From the NCBI RefSeq assembly GCF_009914755.1, contig NC_060931.1: 64,000 nucleotides of DNA, one strand, 5' to 3'. The position numbers were made by a program, and so were the translations under genes. Every line of letters starts with the position of its first letter. Within the stretch, counting starts at the first letter, position 1. The notes beneath the pieces are model-generated. The model worked only from the letters and a program-made list of their open reading frames with translations, ran no database searches and was not told where the DNA came from. The stretch comes from the human T2T-CHM13v2.0 reference genome, Homo sapiens. Below, piece by piece: positions 48,201 to 61,175 of the stretch.

Positions 48201-50385
48201 TTGCAAATTCTTTTCTTTAAGAAAGGTGAATATTGACCCCCACCCTCTTCTGGCTTGTGTGGTTTCTGCAGAGAGATCCGCTGTTAGTCTGAGGGGCTTC
48301 CCTTGGTGGGTAACCCAACCTTTCTCTGTGGCTGCCCTTAACATTTTTTCCTTTATTTCAACCTTGGTGAATCTGACAATTATGTGTCTTGGGGTTGCTT
48401 TTCTTGAGGAGTATCTTAGTGGTATTCTCTGTATTTCCTGAATTTGAATGTTGGCCTGTCTTGCTAGGTTGGGGAAGTTCTCCTGAATAATATCCTGAAG
48501 AGTGTTTTCCAACTTGGTTCCATTCTCCCTGTCACTTTGAGGCAGGAATCAAATGTAGGTTTGGTCTTTTCACATAGTCTCATATTTCTTGAAGGTTTTG
48601 TTCATTCTTTTTCATTCTTTTTTCTCTAATCTTGTCTTCATGCTTTATTTCATTAAGTTGATCTTCAATCTCTGATATCCTTTCTTCCACTTGATCGATT
48701 CGGCTATTGATACTTGTGCATACTTCATGAAGTACTTGTGCTGTGTTTTTCAGCTCCATCAGGTTATTTATGTTCTTCTCTAAACTGGTTATTCTAGTTA
48801 GCACTTCCTCTAACTTTTTTTCAAGGTCTTAGCTTCCTTGCATTGGGTTAGAACATGCTCCTTTAGCTCGGAGGAGTTTGTCGTTACCCACCTTATGAAG
48901 CCTACTTCTGTCAATTAATCAAACTCATTCTCCGTCCAGTTTTATTCCCTTGCTGGTGAGGAGTTGTGATCCTTTGGAGGGGAAGAAGAGTTCTGGTTTT
49001 TGGAATTTTCAGCCTTTTTGTGCTGATTTTTTCCTCATCTTCGTGGATTTATCTACCTTTGGTCTTTGATGTTGGTGACCTTCAGATGGGGTTTCTTTGT
49101 GGACATCCTTTTCATTGATGTTGATGCTGTTCCTTTCTGTTGGGTAGTTTTCCTTCTAATAGTCAGGCCTCTCTGCTGCAGGTCTGCTGGAGTTTGCTGG
49201 TGGTCTACTCCAGACCCTGTTTGCCTGGGTATCACCAGTGGAGACTGTAGAACAGCAAAGATTGCTGCCTGTTCCTTCCTCCTAAAGCTTCGTCCCAGAG
49301 GGGCACCCGCCAGATGCCAGCCAGAGCTCTCCTTTATGAAGTGTCTGTTGGCTCCTACTGGGAGGTGTCTTCCAGTCAGGAGGCACACGGGTCAGGGACC
49401 CCCTTGAGGAAGCAGTCTGTCCCTTGGCAGAGCTTGAGCACTGTTCTGGGAGATCCGCTGCTCTCTTCAGAGCTGGCAGGCAGGAACATTTAAGTCTGCT
49501 GAAGCTGTACCCACAGCTGCCCCTTCCCCCAGGTGCTCTGTCCCAGGGAGATGGGAGTTTTATCTATAAGTCCCTGTCTGGGGCTGCTGCCTTTCTTTCA
49601 GAGATGCCCTGCCCAGAGAGGTGGAATCTAGAGAGGCAGTCTGGCTACAGTGGCTTTGCCGAGCTGTGGTGGGCTCTGCCCAGTTCAAACTTCCTGGTGG
49701 CTTTGTTTACACTGTGAGGGGAAAACCGCCTATTGTAGCCTCCCCTAACCAAGCTCAAGCGTCCCAGATCGACTTCAGACTGCTGTGCTGGCAGCGAGAA
49801 TTTCAAGCCAGTGGATCTTAGCTTGCTGGGCTCTGTGGGGGTGGGATCTGCTGAGCTAGACCACTTGGCTCCCTGGCTTCAGCCCCCTTTCCAGGGGAGT
49901 GAACAGTTCTGTCTCACTGGCATTCCAGGTGCCACCGGGGTATGAAAAAAAAAAAAAAAAAAAACAACAACAACTCCTGTAGCTAGCTCTGTGTCTGCCC
50001 AAATGGCCATCCAGTTTTGTGCTTGAAACCCAGGTCCCTGGTGGCATAGGCACTGGAGGGAATCTCTTAGTCTGCAGGCTGAGAAGACCCTGGGAAAAGC
50101 ACAATATCTGGGCTGGAGTGCACTATTCCTCATGGCACAGTCCCTCACAGCTTCCCTTGGCTAGGGGAGGGAGTTCCCCAACCCCTTGAACTTCCTGGAT
50201 ATGGTGATGCCCCACCCTGTTTTGGGGCTCACCCTCTGTGAGCTGCATCCACTGTCTAACCAGTCCCAATGAGATGAGCCAGATACCTCGGTTGGAAATG
50301 CAGGAATCACCCACCTTCTGTGTTGATCTTGCTGGGAGCTGCAGACCAGAGCTGTTCCTGTTCAGCCATCTTGCCCGCAACCCCA
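45272..50385 (-). mobile_element. Older L1PA (PA7/8-like) with 5'UTR, ORF1 and most of ORF2; 3' end missing
   Basis: 5' end GGCAAGATGGCTGAACAGGAACAGCTC; fragmented ORF1 (48090-48804), EN (CCIQETHLTC) and RT ([15 protein letters not shown]) pieces. Confidence 0.95.
47265..47564 (+). mobile_element. AluSp-like inserted in the L1 endonuclease region
   Basis: TSD aagaacttgcatta at 47249-47262 and 47565-47578. Confidence 0.95.
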
Positions 50386-51187
50386 TCAATTTCTTTCTGT
50401 ATTAGTTAACATTTTCAATTTTATGCTTTCCCTGTCATATTGTCAGATTAAGCATTTTTACTGTTCTACTTTTTTCATAGATTTTTCTTCCATTAATATA
50501 AAATATTCCCCTTTTTTTATGTAATGATTTTTCATCTTGAATTTTATTGCATGCAAATTAACATCACGGTATTTTCTTTTTATTGGCATTTACTTTAGCT
50601 ATTTTCTTTCCAAAACTTTATTTCAATTGTTCTGGGTCATTTTATTTTAGATACGTCTCTAATAAAAAGCATATGACTGGATTTTTTAAAAAAAATACTG
50701 AGTTTTTTTTCCTGTCAATAGAAGAACTTAATTCATTCATATTATTGGGGCACATCCTGACATTTTCTCTTATGCTCCCCAGTTAATATTCCCCCTTGTT
50801 AATTTTTTTCCTTTCCTCTGGAGATCAAGAGAAAATCCTAAAAGTTGCCAGAGGAAAGAGGGTAAGTTGCTTACTGAAGAATAAGAAGCAGAATGCTAAT
50901 GGACTTTGCATCAGCAATGCGAAATACTGGAGGACAACAAGCAGTATCTCTAGTTCTGAAGGAGAATTAATTTTAAATTAGAATTTTTAGTCAGTCACAA
51001 TTGAATTCAAATATAAGAGGTGGAAATGACATTTTTGAACATGCCAATACTGTCTACTGCTTAGTATAGAGTCGAGCAAGCCATGCTAAAAGGGCAGAAG
51101 TCTCATCTGAGGTCCCGTTCTTTTTACTGCAGTCTTTCATATTCTTGCCCAAGCATGTCCTTGCATTTGTGGATCTTGAGCGTGGAG

Positions 51188-51560
51188 CAGGGGTCAGCCA
51201 CTATGGCCTTTGGGCAAAACCTACTCTGCTGCCTATTTTTGTAAAGGTTTTTGTAAAGGATGTTTGGTTGAAACACATCAATGTTTGTTCACGTATGCAT
51301 CTGTGCTGCCTTCTCCTGCCCTGGAAGAGTTAATTGCTACAGAGACTGCCTGACTCACAGGGCTGAGACTAGGTGAGGAAAGAGAGGTGCCCAGGGTGCA
51401 ATATGGATGCACTCCTTTTTAAGGCTGGCCCTGCACTTGCATGACCCCGAGCATTAACACTGCCTTGAATTGTACTCACCAGCTTCCTCACACTTAGTCC
51501 CTACTCTGCCCAAAATACTTTCAATGTGATCCTTAACAGAAATTGTTCCCCAACACCTGG
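51188..51560 (+). mobile_element. MER58A-like hAT element with a nested ~150 bp (MER91-like) insertion at ~51358-51508
   Basis: caggggtcagcc...ctgcctatttttgtaaag start and ...aacacctg end, interrupted by a segment with imperfect inverted ends. Confidence 0.55.
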
Positions 51561-52099
51561 TTTAAAGTATTACCACAATTGTTTGCATTCCTGGGATGGT
51601 TTTCTCTTGTACAAAGTATAGACCATAGTTTCCTACCTTCAGCTTTCTCTCTCACATGCTTTTTATTTGTGATCCATTATTTTTTAAAAACATTTTTTTC
51701 TACGTGTTTTGGGTAGGAGGATGGTAGATCTATTTTACAAAGAGATCTAATGACAATTTAGTCTAAAAGATAGCATTTTAATATAAACTGCTATTCTTTT
51801 CTTGTTCCATTCAACAACCCCCTCACCCCCACAACTTTTCCTGTAGAATCTATTATTGGAAGTTTTACCTTTTCAGAGCAAATCTGACAGTTTTGCAGCA
51901 GACATGGCATGGAGTTATATATTCTTTCCCAACCACCCGCCTGTCAAGTTCCTAAAAGGTTCATAAATATGTCACTAGAAATTGTATTCATATTGATTTT
52001 TTTCCTTGAGTCCTTTTGTATTTATTGCCAAGGCATAGAATTAATATCATTCTTACCCTCGTATTGGCTGCCTGCCTTGCACAGTAAAATGTCATTACT

Positions 52100-52700
52100 G
52101 ACTTGTTTATGTATTTAGCATCTACTTTGTGCCAAGTACAAGTGCCGTGCAAGGGGCTAGGGCTGGTGATGAGAAAACTGACCCTGTTCCCGCTCTCACT
52201 GAGCTTACAGTCTAGTGTGTGAGGCAGCGATTAAGTATTAGTTATAAGCTGTGGTGAGTGGTATGAAAGAATGATACAAGAGGTGCAATAATGTCTAAAG
52301 GGTGATCCTGACCTAGTCTGAGACTGCTTCCCTGAGAAAGTGATGTGGGAGCTGAAATCTGCAAGAGGAGAAATCAACTAGATACACTTAAGGAGAAGAA
52401 AAAAGAGTATTTGGGGAGAATGAGCACTTTATGCAAGTGTCCTGAGGCAGGACAGAAATGACAGAAAGATAAAGTGACCAGAAGAAAGATAAAGTGACCA
52501 GAGGGCTGACAGTCACTTCCATGAGGAAAGAGTATGGACAAAAAAAGGCTAGAAAAGTGGTCAGTGGCCACATCATATACATGATGTAAATTTTGGCCCT
52601 ATTTTTTAGAGCAATTGAAATTCATCAAAAGCTTTTAAGCTGGGAAATGGTTGATGATATTTAAATAATAATTAAAAGTCAGTATTGTAAATGCCAGAGG
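52100..52700 (-). mobile_element. L2 3' fragment
   Basis: Typical reverse L2 tail (tatttagcatctactttgtgccaag...ctcactgagcttacagtctagt). Confidence 0.7.
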
Positions 52701-54271
52701 AGAAAAGAGAGTGGGTGTGGGTACAATTATGTTAGGAGTTATGGTAGGAAATGGGAAATGGTCCAGACTTAATGGCTTCCTTTTGCTTGATGATCTGTGA
52801 ATCAATGTCGTCTGCTGAGAGCAAGGAGGGAACAGATGTGAGGCGAATGGAGAATTGAAGTCGATTTTGTGGGGCATGGGAGAGGAAGTTGACCAGAGGC
52901 ACGTGTTGAATTTTGAGCGGCCTAGATTTGTAGCAATTGCTACAAATGTATGACAATCAACTTTAGGTCAGGACCACCTTTTAGACGTGATTGCACCTCT
53001 TGTGTTGTTCTTTCACACCACTCACCAGGGCAGCATGATTTCCTTTAGTAGACCTCTTCTGGCTGAGTGTAAGCTGTTTGGATAGGAAAAATTGGCTGAC
53101 TGGTCAGGGAGCCCCTTTAATTTAATATGTGCCTCAAAGCTCCTAGCACAATGCTAGGCCTAGAGTAGCTACTAGTAAATATTTGTTAACCAGTTCTTCC
53201 CAAATGCTTTTGAAAAAGACCTGGTCAGCTCTACCCACCATTTCTTCTCCATTCCTCCTCGGAGAGCCACTTGGCCTCCCATATTCTCAGCATCCTGTCC
53301 ATGCTCAGAAAAGTTAGGTGTTCTGGAACCTTGTTCAGTAGATGCATGTTGATGACTGTTTTTTTGTTTATTGTTTTTGGCTCAGTGAATGAAAATAAAA
53401 TGGAGCAGGACCATTTAGGTCATTTGCTCCTGCTATCATTATTCTAACATTATGTACAAGGCCATTTTCTTTTTAAAATACATTTGTGGCATGTGCTTTT
53501 TAGGGGATGGAGTCCTTTAAGTCAAGGACTCTTTGCCAATGTTGTTTTATATCTCCCCTAGCTGTCTTTGTGGGATTCAATGTTTTGGCTAAAGTCTTGA
53601 TCACAGCCAATTGGGGAAGATGAGGTACAGGCAGTTCTCCCTTTTCATCGTTGCTGCTGCCTTATTTGGCACTACCAGTGCTTCTCTGTTACCCTGAAGG
53701 CAGTGGTTTCTGCATAGACTGAAATGGTGAAAAACAACAGCATCTGAGCAACTGAAATAATACTCATGCTGTCAAGAATTTATCCTACTTCTAGGTGACT
53801 GAAAACATGGTTTTCAGAATACATTACATCTAAAGATGAGCTAATCTGTAACTGAAGATTGGTATCCCATCTTTTATCAGCCAGCAAGAAATACAAGGAC
53901 CCACTGAACATTAACCAGGTAAGACATTTTACAATTAAGTAGAAAAATGTACCATTTCAAAAAAAAGGTCCCTGCTGTATCTTTTTTTGCATGTTGCTTA
54001 ATAATATTATTCTGCTAAGCAAAGGTGAAAAATCTAAGAAAAAGACAATGTGAGATAAAAGACTGGACTAACCCAGTAACAAAGTACTTATGATTCTTAT
54101 AATCTGTTTTTTTTTTTTTTTAACAAAGGAAATCTCAGAATGACATTTGTACCTCAGGCCTAGAAAGCAATACATCCAAATTAAAAGTCAGTGTTCTTCA
54201 AGAAGAAGAAAAATGGAATGAATTTCATGTAATATCTAGCATGAGTAAGAGGCTTGACTCCATTTGTAACC

Positions 54272-54475
54272 GGGTCTCACTCTGTTGCCCAGGCTGGAGT
54301 GTAGTGGCACAATCATGGCTCACTGCAACCTTGACCTCCTGGCCTCAAGCTATTCTCTGACCTCAGACTCCTGAGTGGCTGGGACCACAGGTGTATGGAC
54401 CTCCTGGGCTCAAGTGATCCTCCCACCTTGACCTCCCAAAGTGCTAGAATTATAGGCATGAGCCACCATACGCAG
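54272..54475 (-). mobile_element. Partial, internally deleted AluJ
   Basis: Right and left arm pieces fused; no tail. Confidence 0.8.
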
Positions 54476-55215
54476 TGGAAGATATTTCTTCTCAAAACAA
54501 ACAAACAAAAAACTAGATGCAATCAGAACTACCAGAAAAACAAAGACCTACACAAAAAAGTCAGAATCTAAATATGCAATTTAAATATGCATAATGACTT
54601 TCAAAAATTGAGAGAGAAGAAGAAAGAAGAATCCATTTGACCTCAACTCCAAAACATTCTTCTTTGAGTGGCACAGGGGTTGTGATGTTGGCACTATACA
54701 AAAGAAACGGCACACTTCACCATGACTGTGCTTCTTCTCTATAGAAGGTCATTGCTCCTGAAGAGCAGCTCATCCCTTCCACAAAGCTTACCCTGGAAAT
54801 TCTGGCAACTACTCCTTCTGTAGTTACTTCTGGCCTAGAGATTGCCAACCATGGCTGAATCACCATACCTTGCTGGTTTCCCTTAACCCTGCTCACACTT
54901 TTGTAAAACATCCTTCATGAAACTCTCTTCAATCACCTCTCTTGAGAGTATCTGTCAGTACACTGACACCATGAGGAAGAAAGTGAGACAGTGCTTTAAA
55001 TTCCACCCAGTGATGACTGCAGGCCATGAGGTCATGGGAGATGAGAAACATGCATCAGGCCCCATGTCCTTAGGCCTCTCATAGTGTGCTCATCTTGTTG
55101 TGGCACATATGATTCCAATGTGTGTGTTTATAGGTACAAATGATTCCTAAACACAAACATACTATTACTACCTTAGACTTAAGTGAATAAACAGAAAGCA
55201 GTTCTCATAGTCAGA

Positions 55216-55569
55216 TGTATTAGTCCATTTTTACATTGCTATAAAGAACTACCTGAGATTGGATAATTTATAAAGAAAAGAGTTTTAATCAACTTACAGT
55301 TCTGTGTGGCTGGGAAGGCCTCAGGAAACTTACAATCATGGTACAAAGTGAAGGGGAAGCAAGGCATGTCTTACATGGTGGCAGGAGAAGGAGAGTGAAG
55401 GGAAGTGCCACACTTTTCAACCATCAGTTCTTGTGAGCCCTCACTCACTATTAGAAAAACAGCATGGAGAAAACTGCCCCCATGATCTAATCACCTCCTA
55501 CCAGGTCCCTCCTGTATTACAATTCAAGATGAGATTTAGGTGAAGACACAGAGCCAAACCTTATAATCA
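55216..55569 (-). mobile_element. MSTA-like LTR
   Basis: tgtattagtcc...gccaaaccttataatca. Confidence 0.88.
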
Positions 55570-55977
55570 CAATTAAAGCATTTAGTACTGTGATACAAGC
55601 TACTAGAAGGCTCCTTTTCTACATCTTGGCAAACAGAGAAGGCTACATCCATCCCTGTTCATCCCCAGCTTGGAGCCCTTCTGCAGGCTGTGCACAGGCT
55701 CCCCCATCACATGCAATGGTCCTGCGTCTCTCTGTGCCAGAGGAAAAATTGGTTATGTTGGACTTACTGAGCAACTATTCAGTCTTGAACTTTATAGACT
55801 GAGAAAATAAAATGTTGAACCACAGCCAAACCTTCCAAATCAATCTTCTCATGTTGGGTTATGAGAAGGGACTTGTTAGATGTTTCTGTGCGATACCAAC
55901 ACATCTCAGCAAAAGCCCAATCCAGACACCAGGCTCACTGACTGATGATTGAACTTTCCAGTTTTTATGAAAACACC

Positions 55978-56388
55978 TGTGTTTGTCCATTTTGCATTGC
56001 TAAAAAGGAATACTTGAGGTTGGGTAATTTATAAAGAAAAGGGGTTTATTTGGTTCATGGTTCTGTAAGCTGTACGAACATGGCTCCAGCATCTGCTTGG
56101 CTTCTGGGAAGACCTCAGAGAAGCTTTTACTCATGGTGGAAGGCAAAGGGAGGGCAGGCTTGGCACATAGTGAGACAGGGAGCAAGGGCAATTCCAGGCT
56201 TTTAGACAATCAGATCTCACGGTAACTAGTAAGAGTGAGAACACACTCATTACCATGTGGCGGCCCCAAGCCATTAATGAGGGACCCACTCTCATGACCC
56301 AAACACCTCCAACTAGGCCCTACCTCCAATACTGGAGATCACATTTCAACATGAGATTTGGAGGGGATAAATATCCAAAACTACATCA
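55978..56388 (-). mobile_element. MSTB-like LTR
   Basis: Perfect 5-bp TSD acacc at 55973-55977 and 56389-56393. Confidence 0.88.
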
Positions 56389-59300
56389 ACACCTCTCTTG
56401 GTGCTGAAGACCACCCTTGCCTCTTGCCCTCTCAGATCCCACTTCCACGTTGGTATCCCTTCCCTCACTTGGTCAGCATCAAGGCCTTTCTACGTCTGCC
56501 TCACCCCTAGCCCAGGGGTAGCCACGCTGCACACGTCAGCTTCTTCTAACCCTGCTTTCAAGTGCACATTTAAATTAGTGGCTCAGTTGTGAAGTAGGCA
56601 ACACAGATTTCCAGGCTCCCCATTCTGCGTCATTTTCCCCTTTCTTTCCGGCTTCTCCCCCATATCAAGCTTCCAAGGTCTTTTTGTTTGGAAACATACC
56701 AATGCTACCCAAAGGATGTTTTTTTCAATTATTTATATTTGATCTGAAGGTCCATTCTAGTAAGGATAAGTCCTCACATTAAATGCATACAATTTGCCTG
56801 TGGGACTTTGGTATGGTTATGGTGCTGTCATACACTCTCCCTTCTTAGCCCAGTGTGGGTGTGCCCAGACTCCACTACTCGTTGCTGATAGAGCACCATT
56901 CTCTTTCTCAATTTAAAGCAATTAAAGAGCCCATTTCTACCCAGCACCACTCTGGTGTTGTGGCCCAGTCTATGACCCTTAATCCTATTTTACCAATAGG
57001 TGAAACCACAATAATAGCTAGCATTTTCTCAGTGCTTTACATTTATTAATTTATATATTACTTATACAAGTTATATGTAACTTATACTTGGTAGTTATAC
57101 AAGGTAGATTCTATTATCCTAATTTTACAGGTGATAAAATTGAGGTACAGAAAGGCTACATACTTGTTTAAAGTCAGTAAGAGGTGGTAGGTTTCAAACC
57201 CACTCAATCTGGCTTCACAGTCCATATACTGGCACTCGATAAATGCCACATATCCTCTGGGCCAAGCTTAAATATCGCCCTTTCGGTTCTTTTTCTGCCT
57301 TATACGATGGGACAAATCTCTACCCTCTGCACCCTCATTAACCTGTACATGCCTTTATAGTAGTCCTCATCTCATTGCACAGGGTTATTTTACAAGAATG
57401 CTTTCTAGTTAGATGTGCCTTGAAGGTGAGACCATGCTTCCTTTTGGTATCTCAGTACAGTGCATGGCAGGCTATATAAATTCTACAAATGTTGGCTGAA
57501 TAAATCAAACTTTTCCTGGTTCCTTCCGCATCCTTCAAAACTCCTATTCTATATCTCTTTCTAATAGGTTGCTGTATGATTTGTACATTTTTTCTTTAAA
57601 TCAATGCATCAGTATCAATGGCTGATTAGAGTTCAAGTTTTGATGGGGAACTTTAATGCCTTAATAGGATATAATAGCTAAGGGTGGGAGGTTTAGGCAC
57701 TGTGATACAATGGCAGGGGAGAGATTCGTCATCAGCTGGTATGAGCCTGAGGCTAAAATCTTACCTTGTAACTGGCTATTCGTTCTGTCCATTCTTAGGG
57801 CATAACTTGGTTACAATAACTGGAAGTTAGTGAATTTATTTCCTTTTCGTAAAATGAGAGATTTGAACCAAATGATGTCAGTGTTCCTCTTCAGCTCAAA
57901 ATTCTGTATTTGTAGGAAATTATAGAAGTAAATAAATATATTTTGAGAAGCTGATAAAAATAGGTGGAATTAATGCAGGAGTTTCTAGGAAATTGTATAA
58001 AATGTTAGTGGTAAAAGTGTCATCTGAAACTACTTGGAAAGAAATGTATTTACAGAGTTAGGTATGTGCAAAATTAAATATTTACAAGGCTATGTGTAAG
58101 CATTAAAGTAAAAACATGGTTCCGAATATGGTAAGGATGAAGAACTTGATTTCATAATAAATACTGAATTACTATACTTCCTTCTTGGGAACACCAGCCA
58201 AGGGTTAGAAATTTTAAGGATAAAGCCATTTTAAAAATTATTGCTAGAAAGTTTTCATTTTACAAAAATTACCTAATTTGCTGTTCATACCAAGATAGAG
58301 TTTGTGTTTATATAAACAACATAAATTTAAATTAGATTTTTAAAAAAGTTCTTAATTGGTAGTGTAAGGTCCCCTCTGTGCATCTTCTAAGTGGTTTACA
58401 TGGAAATATTCTTGAAAAAGCCCAAATAGATGAATAGTTGCCACAGCCTTGCAGTGCTATGCAATTCAAGTTTTAAGAAGATTTGAAAAAAGATAGGGTG
58501 GGAGAAGGAAACAGACATTCATTAAGTATGTCGACCAGTCATGTTCCAAGCATTGTGCTGGGTAGTTTACATATGCTGTTCCATTTAACATGCACAGTCA
58601 CTTTGCCTGGTGTTTATACCATCCCCACTTAAAAATTTAGAGACTAAGTCTGTTCCTTCTTCCTAATGCTACTGTTTATTTCCTTTCTTTTCTCTTGAAC
58701 ACGGGCATTTTATGTTTTTAGGACAAGTTATTCTAAATAATAAAAAGAGCAACAACCGCTGTTTATTGGGCATTTTCTATGTACTAGGCATTGTGACAAA
58801 CATTTTACAAAAATTACATAATTTACTCTTTATACCAATCCTTTGAGGTGGGGATTACTTCACAAGAACAGAGAGATTAGATACCTTGTGCTGAATTACA
58901 TGTCTAGCAAGCAGTGGAGTGGGGTTTGAAACTGGAACCATTGACTCCAGCCGCTCTACACTAGTGTCTCTGTGGTTTCCATGTGGTCCACTCAATACTG
59001 TGATGAGCTGGTTCACAGGAATGTCAATAAGAAAGAAAAATAATGATGTAAATAACAAAGTATGTCATGAAAACCATTTAATGTTGGTTAATTAAATTAT
59101 ACAACATCTGTGGAGCTGGAAAAGAAAAATTTCAGGTTTTACAAATAGTGCCTAATAAAACAATTGAAAACACAGTAAGCATGATTTTATCAGAGTTGAA
59201 AGTACACAAAGTGCACACAAAAATTCAGAAGTACCTTTAGTCCACGTTGTATTTTCTTCCTGTTTAGTCACTTCCTTTAGGGAAATATTGACAAATCCCT

Positions 59301-60482
59301 TACAGCCCCCCATTTAAAACAGTTTAACCAGTAGATTCTTGAAATTCTGAACAGGGTCTTTAGTGATTAATTAATTGAATGCTTTTTATATTCGATTCTT
59401 ATTCTCTCTGTGAGGCACAGCTCTAATGTTTATAAACCTAACTTTGTTCAACCCCCAATAAAGATAGGTTGGCCTAGTATACACGGAAATAGGATGTCTT
59501 ACATTGAAAGTGCCTTTATTATGTACATTTTATGCTGTTCTTTTCTTTCAATTTCTCTTTCTCCAGCTTTTCTCTTATACAGTTCCTTAAACTTACTTCT
59601 CCATTCTTCTTTCTGGTTTTTCTCAAATCTTTGTTCACTTCCTCAAAAATAAAACTGAAGTCATTCTCCAAGGGTTCTTTCTGGTCCTGTGTCTGTACTT
59701 CCACCTTAGAGTCAGTAGTCTCTTACGTAAGTTTCCGTATCCTGACTCTAACTTCCCTGAACAAGCTCTTAACTTTCTCCTTTCTCTCTCTCCTTTTCTT
59801 ATTTTTTTTTTGTTGTTATCAATTGTCTTTGATAGAAGTTTGTCTTTTTAAAAAACATTTTTATTCCACTCTCCTTGTCCTTTAATTGCTTCTGCCCATT
59901 TGGTTGGCAAGACTGAATAGCCCATTTCTGCTTCTCGTTTTCTGTATGCTTCAAATTAAAGAAAGTGTTAATTTTAAACCTGATCCCCTTTCTGTCAATC
60001 TCCTCTTCTCCCAAGAATGGAGGCTTGGCTTCTATTGGCTTATGGTACCCTTGTTTCTTCCTGGGTGATTATAGAATAATGGGCATCAGATTGACCTGGA
60101 GAATTTTCCCATATGTCTGATCTTCCCATTTCTTTTACATCTACTCTGATATCCTGGGAATAGGGTGGTATAGGGGGTGAACAGCAGACACAAGGTTTTT
60201 TTGACAAAGCTCCATGTGATTTTCCTGCTGAGACCTTCTCTCTTCCAGCCTACCACTGATTGGGATCCTCTACTCCAGAAGCTCCTACTTCCTGGGTAAG
60301 ACATAGATACATGTGTTTAAGGCAGGATTCTGCCAGTTGATGAATGAGCCATCAGTTTAGCAAGCAGTGAGCGGAGTGCTTTAGGGGGCAAGATGTGAGT
60401 GGTGCATGAAAGGGATCATATGCCTCTTTTCCATTTGCTACCAGGAAATTCATGTAGGGTTGAGCCAAGATTCATTCTATTA

Positions 60483-60560
60483 TTAAGTTGGTGCAAATGT
60501 AATTGCGGTTTTTGTTATTAAAAAAATGGCAAAAATTACAATTACTTTGCATTAACTGAA
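60483..60560. mobile_element. MADE1 (Hsmar1-derived MITE)
   Basis: 78-bp near-palindrome ttaagttggtgcaaatgtaattgcgg...aattactttgcattaactgaa flanked by TA. Confidence 0.9.
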
Positions 60561-60656
60561 TACAATCAATAGTAATTCTTCATACTGCATTTCTGCATAC
60601 TTACTTAAATTTCAAGTGAAAAACACACACACAAAATGTTGTTCTGAGTTCACATA

Positions 60657-61175
60657 GCCTTTGGTTTGCATACAGAGTCTGCCCTAAATTCTCCAAGAAT
60701 TGGAAGTCCACTGCGTCCAAAGAAATATACTGAAACAAATAATCTTCAGGCAATGCCTAGAGATGTGTCTACCAGTTTCTCTGACTTGGACTAGAGCCTT
60801 GGATAAAAGTAAAAAAGAGACATTGTCCATTTCCAGTGAAATTGAAGGACTCAACACCAGTATCTGATGATGTATCAAGTCAACTATATCCTCCAGAAGA
60901 ACAGGAAGAACTTGATTTTTTATTTGATGAACAGACGCAACAAATAGAAGAAAAAGAAACACATTTACTGATTGGTCTCGTAATGATTCAGATTATGAAA
61001 TTGATGAGCTGAATTTCAACAAGATGTTGATTTGAACTCAGCTATCATTTTACCTGAGAAAACATCCTGGATAAGATCAAACAGGCAACCACAGGTTTCA
61101 GGCAAAAATGGCCTATGTCATTATGAATAAGACTTGTGGATGGAAGAGGATGAAAACAAACATACAGCCATAAAG
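60657..61175 (+). pseudogene. Processed LARP1B pseudogene fragment (probably the annotated LARP1BP copy near NAMPT)
   Basis: Manual translation gives HTESALNSPRIGSPL...EPWIKVKKRH...EQEELDFLFDE...NTFTDWS.NDSDYEID...[15 protein letters not shown], which matches the LARP1B central region as I recall it; intronless, with stops and frameshifts. Confidence 0.88.

Noticed and set aside
60661-60675. tttgcatacag as a splice acceptor for the LARP1B-like segment
   Set aside because: Protein similarity continues upstream through it (AFGLHTES vs recalled AFCSHTES), so it is retrocopied coding sequence.
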